NCBI GenBank assembly: GCA_963811165.1
Contig: CAWEQH010000001.1
Span: 288,001-352,000 of the forward strand
Direction: 5' to 3'
Length of the DNA: 64,000 bases
Source of the DNA: an uncultured Nitrospiraceae bacterium
GTDB taxonomy: Bacteria > Nitrospirota > Thermodesulfovibrionia > Thermodesulfovibrionales > UBA6898
Both the position numbers and the translations under genes were made by a program. The notes under the pieces were generated by a model, which worked only from the letters and a program-made list of their open reading frames with translations, had not been told where the DNA came from and searched no databases. Positions 51,595-59,809 of the stretch are shown piece by piece (within the stretch, counting starts at the first letter, position 1; every line of letters begins with the position of its first letter).

Positions 51595-52802
51595 AAAAAG
51601 ACTTCATATTTACCTCCGAATCGGTTACCGAAGGCCATCCCGACAAACTCTGTGATCAGATCAGCGACGCGCTTGTCGACCACTTCCTTCAGCAGGACCC
51701 TTTTTCGCGGGTCATTGCCGAATGTGCCGTATCAACGGCGATCATTTTCATCGCCGCGAGGTTTTCGTCCGACGCCAGTGTCGATTTCCCGAATATCGCC
51801 AGACAGGTCATCAACCAGATCGGGTATGACCAGCAGGCCTTTAACGCCAAGACCTGCAGCATAGTCACAAGCCTCAAGGAAGTGCCCTCCGAGGAAAACC
51901 GGCGCTTTGACGAGAGAAATCTGACGGAAGACGAAATCGACGCTATCCCCGTCCGTAATCAGGTCACGGTATTCGGATTTGCCTGCAACCAGACGCCCTC
52001 GCTGATGCCCCTTCCGATCTGGCTCGCCCATCGACTTGCACGAAAACTGACCGCAGTGAGACTCCAAAAGGTACTTCCCTATCTGGCGCCCGACGGAAAA
52101 ACCCAGGTCGGCGTGGAGTATAAAAATGGAAGGCCCTACCGGGTCCATACCATAACGGTCATAGCCAGTCAGAGTAAGACGGAGAAGTCGGGCGGCCCCG
52201 ACCTTAAGAGTCTTTATGGTGATATGCTGGATACCGTCATTCGTCCTGCCTTTGTTGACGAGGAGATCAGGCCCGATGCCGACACAAGGATATTCATAAA
52301 CCCCGATGGTCCATTTATCACGGGCGGGCCCTCAGTGCATTCAGGGCTCACGGGGAGGAAAAATGCGATCGACACCTATGGTGAATATTCCAGGCAAAGC
52401 GGCGCGGCGCTCAGCGGCAAGGACCCTCTTCGGATAGACAGAATCGGCGCGTATGCCGCCCGGTATGCGGCAAAAAATATTGTTGCCGCGGGCATCGCCG
52501 CCGAATGCGAAATCCAGTTGAGTTATTCCATAGGGCTTTCCCGTCCCGTAAGCATCCAGGTGGAAACGTTCGGCACAGGCCGGATTTCCGACGAAGAGAT
52601 CTCCAGGATTATCGAAGGCCGGTTTGATTTCCGCCTCGCAGGGATTGTCCGCCAGTTCAACCTCAGATTTCTCCCTTCCATAATCAAGGGAGGTTTTTAC
52701 AGAAAACTCGCCTCGTATGGTCATGTCGGCAGAATGGATATCGGTCTTCCCTGGGAATTGACGGATAAGGCAGGCATAATTCGTGACGAAGTTGCCGGGT
52801 GA
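51591..52802 (+). CDS. Divergent methionine adenosyltransferase (MetK) paralog
   Basis: FTSESVTEGHPDK, PDGKTQV, GLTGRK..DTYG, SGKDP present; GEI, QS.DI and GAGDQG motifs altered. Confidence 0.88.
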   Translation: MKKDFIFTSESVTEGHPDKLCDQISDALVDHFLQQDPFSRVIAECAVSTAIIFIAARFSSDASVDFPNIARQVINQIGYDQQAFNAKTCSIVTSLKEVPSEENRRFDERNLTEDEIDAIPVRNQVTVFGFACNQTPSLMPLPIWLAHRLARKLTAVRLQKVLPYLAPDGKTQVGVEYKNGRPYRVHTITVIASQSKTEKSGGPDLKSLYGDMLDTVIRPAFVDEEIRPDADTRIFINPDGPFITGGPSVHSGLTGRKNAIDTYGEYSRQSGAALSGKDPLRIDRIGAYAARYAAKNIVAAGIAAECEIQLSYSIGLSRPVSIQVETFGTGRISDEEISRIIEGRFDFRLAGIVRQFNLRFLPSIIKGGFYRKLASYGHVGRMDIGLPWELTDKAGIIRDEVAG

Positions 52803-52851
52803 GAGACTCATTACGAGCCTCATAATTGAATAGACATTATTCAGAATTCAG

Positions 52852-52953
52852 AAAATCTCCCCCCCTCTTTACCAGAGAGGGGATTATCCCTCTCCTTTTC
52901 TCCCCGGCGAACCCGCCTGTGTGCGGTGACAAAGGGAGGGCAGGTGGGATTTT
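52852..52953. repeat. REP/MITE-like palindromic element between convergent genes
   Basis: Inverted ends aaaatctccc/gtgggatttt; internal cccctct-ttaccag-agagggg hairpin; similar cccctttt-ctga-agggggat at about 10046-10064. Confidence 0.4.
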
Positions 52954-53001
52954 ATAAAACCGTTTCTTCAACAGGGAGGTACGAGATATCCTCTTCCTAG
53001 T

Positions 53002-53877
53002 TTAGACGAAATCTTGCGTGAGATACTCTGCCGGTTCTTTCTGCTGTTTTTGTTCGTAGAGTTCAAGATAGATGTCTGAGAACCCGTACTTCTTGCGAAG
53101 ACTCTGTTTCATCTCCTTCACCCCGGCGCGGTCATAGGTCGTCCCGTTTGTTCTAATTCGTACCAGCAAGATAATTTTTTCCGGGGACAGACCCCATATG
53201 TGGAGATCCTTCACGCTGCTTATATCAGGGAAATTCGTATAGATGAATTTTTCAATCTCCGCGGGGTCTATCTTTGCGGGGTTGCCTTCCATGAGGATAT
53301 GCACGCTCTCCTTTACCAGAAAGTAGGTCGGATACGCGACGAGGAGTCCAATGATGACTGCGGTAAGGGGGTCCAGGAAATAGAGGCCCGTGAACTTTAT
53401 GACAATGGAAGAGGTTATGACCCCGACTGACCCCAGTGCATCGTTTGCGATCAGCAATAGCGCGCCTTTAAGGTTGATGTCTGCCGAGTGCCTGTAAAAC
53501 ATGATGAACCCATACGCATTGACTGCAAGTCCTATCACTGCGATTAAGAGTACCTTGTCTGCCTCGAGTGGCTGGGGATGCATGATCTTGCTATACGCGT
53601 CGGCAAAGACATAAAAAAGGAGAAACCCTACCAGTATCCCGTTGAACAGGCCCGAGATCACCTTGGCCCGTTCGTACCCGAATGTCTTGGTTTTGGTAGG
53701 CAGGCGCTTTGCGAGCCGCGCAACATAAAACGCGACGAATTGACCGGTGATATTGATCGCCATGAAAGAGGCATCGGTAACCAGGGCCAGGCTTCGGTAA
53801 TAAAGCCCGCCGAAGAGTTCGACAAAGAAGTATGCAATCGTCAGAAGGAGAACAGTTTTTTGCTGATTACTATCCAT
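53002..53877 (-). CDS. Cation diffusion facilitator (CzcD-like)
   Basis: SLALVTDA, TFGYER, INLKGA, DALGSVGV, ILMEG.P, DLHIW. Confidence 0.92.
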   Translation of the reverse strand: MDSNQQKTVLLLTIAYFFVELFGGLYYRSLALVTDASFMAINITGQFVAFYVARLAKRLPTKTKTFGYERAKVISGLFNGILVGFLLFYVFADAYSKIMHPQPLEADKVLLIAVIGLAVNAYGFIMFYRHSADINLKGALLLIANDALGSVGVITSSIVIKFTGLYFLDPLTAVIIGLLVAYPTYFLVKESVHILMEGNPAKIDPAEIEKFIYTNFPDISSVKDLHIWGLSPEKIILLVRIRTNGTTYDRAGVKEMKQSLRKKYGFSDIYLELYEQKQQKEPAEYLTQDFV

Positions 53878-54141
53878 GTCTTAACAGTGTTGACAGCCAG
53901 CTTTTCGGAGAGTCTTCCAAATAATGGCCAACGACATCTTTCACAGCCTTACCGAGCGAGATGTACATACTTTAATGCCTCGCTAACACTGTGTCCAACG
54001 ATTAATTCATTACTTGCCTATCCTATAGCAATAAAAGCAGAGGCAATTGGCAACCCGAAGGGCTCTTAACGCTGTGGTATAGTAATAAAAGGCCGGGGAT
54101 ATTCCGTAAAAAAAGGGAAACGAAAGGGAGGTCTTATTGAA

Positions 54142-54486
54142 ATGGACTACTACATCCATTATACGCATGGAAGGATGAGAATACAGACCCCTCATCTTCA
54201 CGAAAATCCCGCCAAGGCGAAAGAACTTGAGGACTTTCTCAAAAAAGTTTCGGGCATACTGTCGGTCGAAACAAATCCCGTTACGGGCAGCGCCCTGTTT
54301 TATTTTGACGAGAAAAAGATAAACTGCGAACAGATAATCTGCATGCTCGAAAAGAACCATTATCTTTGTCTCCTCAAGGCAGAGACGAACGATCAAGTCG
54401 TTAAAAAAACAGCCGAGAAGGTCCTGGGATTTGCCGAGAAGGTCGTTGTCGATTCCCTCGGGGAGGGACCCATTGAGGGTGAATGA
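54142..54486 (+). CDS. HMA2-type domain protein
   Basis: YYIHYTHGRMRI, VETNPVTGSALFYFD; GGGAGG RBS. Confidence 0.8.
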   Translation: MDYYIHYTHGRMRIQTPHLHENPAKAKELEDFLKKVSGILSVETNPVTGSALFYFDEKKINCEQIICMLEKNHYLCLLKAETNDQVVKKTAEKVLGFAEKVVVDSLGEGPIEGE

Positions 54487-54549
54487 AGTGCTATAGATAG
54501 TGGCAACAGGACCGACCAAGAGATGTACCTTAGCATCAGATAAAGCCAA

Positions 54550-54792
54550 TTATATTGCAACGGCCAAAACAAAAGGCGAGATTAAAAGCATAAATCCGGT
54601 CCAAAAAATCCATCTCTCTTTTGCCGATAGATTGCTCCAGTATCTCTCGAGTAAGGAGTTTTCACCCGATTTAACAGCCCCCGCTCTTGAAATGATCCGG
54701 CTCTCGACATAGCTTATTTCTATAGCGCCCATTGCGCACAAACTACTAATTATTATTTCTGCAGTTTTTACCATATTGCCCATCGCCCCCAT
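54550..54792 (-). CDS. Hypothetical small membrane protein
   Basis: 80-aa ORF with C-terminal TM-like segment; no clear RBS. Confidence 0.3.
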   Translation of the reverse strand: MGAMGNMVKTAEIIISSLCAMGAIEISYVESRIISRAGAVKSGENSLLERYWSNLSAKERWIFWTGFMLLISPFVLAVAI

Positions 54793-55271
54793 ACAAAATG
54801 ATTGAGGTGCCTTTCTCAGATCGACTCTTCATCATAGGGCCTGCACGCTAAGGGTATCCGGTCTCTTTATGAGTAAAGAATAACAATTTCTCCTATCAAA
54901 GTGAATGCAATCATAGGCAGATAATGAAAAAACAGCAGAGGGTATCTCACATCCTCCGGAGCTTTGGTGATACACTTTAATCCAGAGAACCGATAGGCCA
55001 AATCCTTTCGAGAAGGAGGAGATGAGTCGGGTACTACAAGCAACGTTCCGCAAATTTTCGTAGGATAAGCGATGGCAAGTCGGCCTGGTTACGTATAAAC
55101 ATTTGTTGTGCCTATTACAGGCGGAGGGGTGTAATGAATGCTGAAGCGACCGGTAACGTACATGACGGCCCTTTCCGAAGCCATACCATGACATAGAGAA
55201 GGGCGATTACGGAGCAGTCTTTTCTATTTGCAATGTTCTTTTTTTACTTTTTTTGTAAGGATGAGGGAATC

Positions 55272-55493
55272 ATGGAAGGTGTATGTCCGTATGACAACGA
55301 TGCGGAAGAGAGACAACATGCGAAGGCCATCCAGATGCTCGCAAGAGATTTGGGCGTGCCCGAGAAGAAGATAAGAGAACTTTACGAGGAATTTCTTTGC
55401 AGTATCAAGGGAGGGGCAAGGATAAAGGATTATCTCACTGTTTTGGCGAGTCGTAACGTAAAAGAGGTGATAAGGAGGGGTTCGCTTCAGTAA
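55272..55493 (+). CDS. DUF3562-like protein
   Basis: I..LA....P...I..LY......GARIKDYLTVL..R.V.E pattern; GAGGG RBS. Confidence 0.72.
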   Translation: MEGVCPYDNDAEERQHAKAIQMLARDLGVPEKKIRELYEEFLCSIKGGARIKDYLTVLASRNVKEVIRRGSLQ

Positions 55494-55640
55494 CCGCATC
55501 GAGGCGGAGGGAATTTGTAAGCTGTCTCTTTGGTAGTACCGAGGATCTTATGTCTAGCCGATAGTTCCCACTGTGTGAATTCAAGCCAGTCAGTTCATCC
55601 CGGCTGATTCCATTCGCGTTTTTTCCGCAGTACGTACAAT

Positions 55641-55694
55641 TTCACGGAATTTTAATTCAATCGTAATGATAGGGTAATTTGAGAATTGTACAAT
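55641..55694 (+). promoter_or_regulatory. Pho-box-like promoter (4 repeats)
   Basis: TTCAC 55641, TTAAT 55652, GTAAT 55663, GTAAT 55674, 10 bp, TACAAT. Confidence 0.82.
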
Positions 55695-55762
55695 GCAGTA
55701 TCGATTCAAATTTTTTTTCCGAGGGAACCAAAATGGAGGATAAGGGAAAGGAGGAGATGGCA

Positions 55763-55936
55763 ATGAATGTGGACCTGCATGATGTAATACAGCAGCTTGC
55801 ATGCGAACTCTATGTGAAAAGCGGAAAGGCTGAGGGTCGTGATCTTAACAACTGGATCGAGGCGGAATGGATTATCACAAATCGCTTCGCGCGTACCGAA
55901 GATCTCAACAATATCTTCGCAGAAGTGGCGGGGTGA
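55763..55936 (+). CDS. DUF2934-like protein
   Basis: I.QLA.ELY..SG..EGRDL.NW.EAE; GGAGGAG RBS. Confidence 0.75.
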   Translation: MNVDLHDVIQQLACELYVKSGKAEGRDLNNWIEAEWIITNRFARTEDLNNIFAEVAG

Positions 55937-56070
55937 TTAAGGTCGGCACTCTGGTGGGCATGAGTATAGTGACCACAGGGAAAGCTCAAGGCTGAGCCGT
56001 GATCGGTCGTATGAAGTGCCGGACGATCGTAAAGACATCGTTGAATTCTCACTTAATAACTAGGAGGCAA

Positions 56071-56547
56071 ATGGTGACAAAGAATGGATCGAAGGAATTA
56101 GCAAAAGGAAAACCGGTAAAGCCTGTTTCTCCCGTCGCAACCAAACAAAATCTTGGCAAGAAGGACCAAATAAAAAAGGGGAAGGGCCTGCAAGAGACAG
56201 CGCCGGAGCGTGAGACTCAAAGCAGGCCGGAAAAAGGAAATGGAGGTATAGAGAGAACGTATGTACCTGAGGCCTCCTCCTGCGAGGTAATCTTTCGACT
56301 GCCAGGGGAATTGGCCGGCGTTGCCAAAAAGGCTTCACTCGTCGGTGATTTCACCCATTGGGAAAAAGGCGCGCTGCCGATGAAGAGGCTCAAAAGCGGT
56401 GACTTTGAAATAATCCTTGAATTACCATCCAATGCGGAATATAGGTTCCGGTATCTCATCGATGAGTGTCGGTGGGAGAATGATCCTCATGCCGATGCAT
56501 ACAACCCCAATCCTTATGGGTGTGAGGATTCAGTGCTTATCGTCTGA
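56071..56547 (+). CDS. Isoamylase early-set/CBM48 glycogen-binding domain protein
   Basis: LVGDF..W....PM...K.G.F...LEL....EYRFRYLID..RWENDP.AD; AGGAGG RBS. Confidence 0.88.
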   Translation: MVTKNGSKELAKGKPVKPVSPVATKQNLGKKDQIKKGKGLQETAPERETQSRPEKGNGGIERTYVPEASSCEVIFRLPGELAGVAKKASLVGDFTHWEKGALPMKRLKSGDFEIILELPSNAEYRFRYLIDECRWENDPHADAYNPNPYGCEDSVLIV

Positions 56548-56736
56548 GCCTTCCGGCGCCGACCCTGCTGAGTCCATAGGCCGGCCGATCAATCTTGCCG
56601 CGAAGGTAATTGTGGTAAGAGGGGCTTTTCGGGCGCAGGCAGGCGGGTAATCCAAAACAGGATGTCCGGGACGATTACGTGCGCCTGTTCTACGGGCAGC
56701 CGCAGCCAACTTTCCTATACGGAACAGTTGCCTGAT

Positions 56737-56791
56737 TTAACAAACAATTGATGCAGCATTCATTATGGCGTAACAACGATTCTGATTTAAT
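56737..56791 (+). promoter_or_regulatory. Pho-box-like promoter of the pentapeptide-phosphatase operon (4 repeats)
   Basis: TTAAC 56737, TTGAT 56748, TTCAT 56759, GTAAC 56770, 11 bp, TG-n-TTTAAT. Confidence 0.7.
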
Positions 56792-56895
56792 AGCTATAGG
56801 ATATTTCGCTGATCTTGGCGAAGGGCACAGGGGATGGATATGCGACTAACGATCCCTTTGTGAAATAGTGATTGCATCCGATGAGGAGATCGAAA

Positions 56896-57708
56896 ATGAA
56901 GATAAGGCCTGTAGCACTGATGGGGGTAACCATTTTTTTCGTACTTCAGATAGGCACTATCGTGTACGGTTTCAAGCCGGCTGATCTGGATAGATTGAGG
57001 GCAACCAATCAATGTCCCCAGTGTGACCTGAGCGGGGCGGACCTGAGCGGGCTGGACCTGGCGGGGCAGGATCTCAACGGGGCGGACCTGAGCGGGGCGA
57101 ACCTGAGCGGGACGGACCTGAGCGGGACGGACCTGAGCGGGGTGAACCTTAACGGGGCGAACCTGGGCGGGGCGAACCTCAACGGGGTGGACCTGAGCGG
57201 GGCGAACCTCAACGGGGCGGACCTAAACGGAGGGGACCTCAACGGGGGAAACCTGGACGGGGTGGACCTGAGCGGGGCGAACCTCAACGGGGTGACCCTA
57301 AGCGGTGTGAACCTGGACGAGGTGAACCTCAGAGGGGCGGACCTGGAAGGGGCCAACCTAGAAGGGGCCAACCTCAACGTGGTGAACCTGGACGAAGTGA
57401 ATCTGACCGGGGTGAACCTGGACAAGGTGAACCTGGCTGGCACAGACACGGCCGAAACGAACCCGGATGGAACGAACCCAAAAGAGACTAGCACAAAGGG
57501 AGCTAATCCGCATGAAGCGAACCCGGATGGAGCGAATCCGGATAGCGCTGATCAGAACGTGCCAAGCGCGGATAGTGCGTCTTTGAGGGACGCAGATCTT
57601 TCAACCTTGGATAAGCAGGGCAATAGATCCAGCAACAACGGCAGCCCTCTTTTGACTGCCGGACAGCAGATAGTCACCATAAAAGGGGGTGAGATAAAGA
57701 TTCATTAG
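56896..57708 (+). CDS. Exported pentapeptide-repeat protein
   Basis: Signal-like N-terminus, L.ATNQCPQCDL cap, A(D/N)LxG repeats; GAGGAG RBS. Confidence 0.9.
   Translation: MKIRPVALMGVTIFFVLQIGTIVYGFKPADLDRLRATNQCPQCDLSGADLSGLDLAGQDLNGADLSGANLSGTDLSGTDLSGVNLNGANLGGANLNGVDLSGANLNGADLNGGDLNGGNLDGVDLSGANLNGVTLSGVNLDEVNLRGADLEGANLEGANLNVVNLDEVNLTGVNLDKVNLAGTDTAETNPDGTNPKETSTKGANPHEANPDGANPDSADQNVPSADSASLRDADLSTLDKQGNRSSNNGSPLLTAGQQIVTIKGGEIKIH
57025..57440 (+). repeat. 15-bp coding tandem repeat (pentapeptide units)
   Basis: (g/a)acct(g/c)a(g/a)cggggcg units in frame with the CDS. Confidence 0.9.
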
Positions 57709-57764
57709 GCATTGCAGGGTGAGAAGCGTCAATAACAGCAGCATACCATAAACAAAAAGGAGAG

Positions 57765-59567
57765 ATGAATACCATGAAGAAAAAAGTATTGACTAGTTTA
57801 GTTTTTGTGCTGGCCTTTGCTGTGTTCAGCACGGCGGCTTTCGCAGGCATTCTGAAAAAGCCCTACTTGATTTACCCGGGGGTGAACACCCAGATGGAGG
57901 TGGTCTGGCAGGACGACACCGCGAGCGAGACGAATACCATTAGTTGGGGCACCGACATGACGTACAGCATGGGTAATGTGACGGCGCCTGAGTTCGGCGA
58001 CAGGCAGCACAAGTACACAATCACCGGACTGACGCCGAACAAGAAATACTACTACCAGGTGGCTGACCAGACCAGCGGCGCCATCTACGGCGCCGGATCG
58101 TTTATCACTGCGCCCCACGGAAGCGCAACTGCGGTAAGGTTCCTCGCATTGGGTGATTCCAGGAGCCAGCCATTTGCCCTGGACAACGTGATGCAGGCGA
58201 TGCGCAGCTTTTATTCACAGCCAGGCAACGAGGACTATCAACGCCTTACCATTCATAACGGGGACTGGGTGAGCACCGACGGCGAAAGCTACTGGACGAC
58301 CCAGTGGTTCGACGCGACCAAGACGGACATCGTCGCATTTACGGCGAATTCGCCCATCGACGGATGCAAGGGTAATCATGATAACGCTTCAGGGTACAGC
58401 GCTACCTTCCCGAAGTACTTTCCCTTCCCGTATACGAATATGACTTCTAAAACAGTTGCTCCTACAACAGATGCCAGTGGTAATCCTTACTACAATAACC
58501 TCTACTGGTCCTTCGATTACGGTCCGGTCCACTTCACCGTTGTCGACGAGTACTCAAGCTATGCTCCAGGCTCCCCCCAGTACAACTGGCTCGTAAACGA
58601 TCTGGCCACGACAACAAAGCCGTGGAAGATCCTAATATACCACGAGCCGTCGTATTCCGCCGGCAAAGACGGCGACAACATCACTGCGAGGGCGCTCGAA
58701 CCTCTCATCACTCAATATAATGTGGACCTGGTCTATGCCGGCCACAGCCACAACTATGCCCGCACCGGGGCCTATACTTCCGCCCAGGCAAACGGTGACC
58801 AGATCGCCCTGAATGTCCCGCATATCACCAGCGGCGGCGGCGGCGCACCAGTTTATCAGCCCGATATGACCAATGAGGGCAACTTTCCGCACGTAATCAC
58901 AGCCTGGCCGGCCATGGAGTTCATGACCTTCGACGTAGATGGGGAAAACCTCACCATGACCGCCTATCAGGTAAACAACGTGAGTACGTCCGCTATCCAG
59001 CCTTCGTCGGCGCTGTCCCTTTCACCGATCGAGACTGTTGCTCTCCATCACTTTACCGACGTCTCATCGCAGGTAAGCGTAAAAACCACCCACATGACTT
59101 ACAATCCTGCGACCCAGCTATACCGGTGCAACCTGGAGATCACTAATAACGGCCCCGCCCTCACCGGTAACATCCACGTTGTTCTGGACGGCATTGTCAA
59201 CCTCCAGGGGGTCGGCAATGCAGATAACGAATACAGCACCACCACTCCGAAAATTGCCTCAAAGATCGCCCAGAACACCGGCCTCATCACGGACGTCACG
59301 CTGGTCAATGCAACCGGTTCGAACAATGGTGAGCCGATGATCCGGGCTAAACATACCGGATTGGCCAAAAGAGACTCGGTCGTCGTTCCGCTATCGTTCA
59401 GCAATCCGAATAACACAGCGATTACCTTTACGCCTGTGGTGTTGCTTGAACGAGAACATGGGCGTCAGTGCAACCGGCGCGAACAATGTCGAACCGATGA
59501 TGATAAGGGCTACGACCAATGGTCTGGCAGCCGGCAAGAAGACAGTCATTCCGCTGAAGGTCGGTGA
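57765..59567 (+). CDS. Secreted purple acid phosphatase-family metallophosphoesterase with FN3-like N-domain
   Basis: Signal peptide (AFA); GDSR, NGDWV, GNHD, YHEP, AGHSH, YWSFDYGPVHF. Confidence 0.9.
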   Translation: MNTMKKKVLTSLVFVLAFAVFSTAAFAGILKKPYLIYPGVNTQMEVVWQDDTASETNTISWGTDMTYSMGNVTAPEFGDRQHKYTITGLTPNKKYYYQVADQTSGAIYGAGSFITAPHGSATAVRFLALGDSRSQPFALDNVMQAMRSFYSQPGNEDYQRLTIHNGDWVSTDGESYWTTQWFDATKTDIVAFTANSPIDGCKGNHDNASGYSATFPKYFPFPYTNMTSKTVAPTTDASGNPYYNNLYWSFDYGPVHFTVVDEYSSYAPGSPQYNWLVNDLATTTKPWKILIYHEPSYSAGKDGDNITARALEPLITQYNVDLVYAGHSHNYARTGAYTSAQANGDQIALNVPHITSGGGGAPVYQPDMTNEGNFPHVITAWPAMEFMTFDVDGENLTMTAYQVNNVSTSAIQPSSALSLSPIETVALHHFTDVSSQVSVKTTHMTYNPATQLYRCNLEITNNGPALTGNIHVVLDGIVNLQGVGNADNEYSTTTPKIASKIAQNTGLITDVTLVNATGSNNGEPMIRAKHTGLAKRDSVVVPLSFSNPNNTAITFTPVVLLEREHGRQCNRREQCRTDDDKGYDQWSGSRQEDSHSAEGR

Positions 59568-59673
59568 ATCGGACCACTGGAAGCATTAATCCGAATAATG
59601 CCGGCCTTACCTTTTACCCCTGTGACATTGCAGGAACAGGAGAAAAAAATGCAGTAATTATGTCTGCAGACCA

Positions 59674-59689
59674 GGGGCCTTCGGGCCCC
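59674..59689 (+). terminator. GC-rich hairpin, possible terminator
   Basis: GGGGCC-TTCG-GGCCCC, extendable with tgcaga/tttgca; weak U-tract. Confidence 0.5.
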
Positions 59690-59725
59690 CGTTTGCATTA
59701 TCATCGACAGCTTCTGAGTATCGCT

Positions 59726-59779
59726 TTAACGAAAAAATAATATTCATGTAATACTCACGCAATATAAAAGGAATACTAT
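59726..59779 (+). promoter_or_regulatory. Pho-box-like promoter of the TPR-rSAM operon (4 repeats)
   Basis: TTAAC 59726, ATAAT 59737, GTAAT 59748, GCAAT 59759, 10 bp, TACTAT. Confidence 0.78.
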
Positions 59780-59809
59780 TTACTGTGAGAAAAAACAGAG
59801 ACCAATACA

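Noticed and set aside
51591..52802. Calling this the housekeeping metK
   Set aside because: Methionine-binding motifs are substituted and the context is accessory; symbol withheld
53880..54141. Pho boxes between the CDF gene and the HMA2 gene
   Set aside because: Only two pentamers in phase (53972, 53983) and no correctly spaced -10
54800..55230. ORF 54832..55194 on the minus strand
   Set aside because: No recognisable motif and atypical composition; left unannotated
57025..57440. Regular short repeats as a possible CRISPR array
   Set aside because: Contiguous 15-bp in-frame units without unique spacers; they encode pentapeptide repeats; no cas genes
59304..59657. Duplicate as a diversity-generating retroelement VR/TR pair
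   Set aside because: Differences are not confined to adenines, include indels, and no reverse transcriptase is in the window
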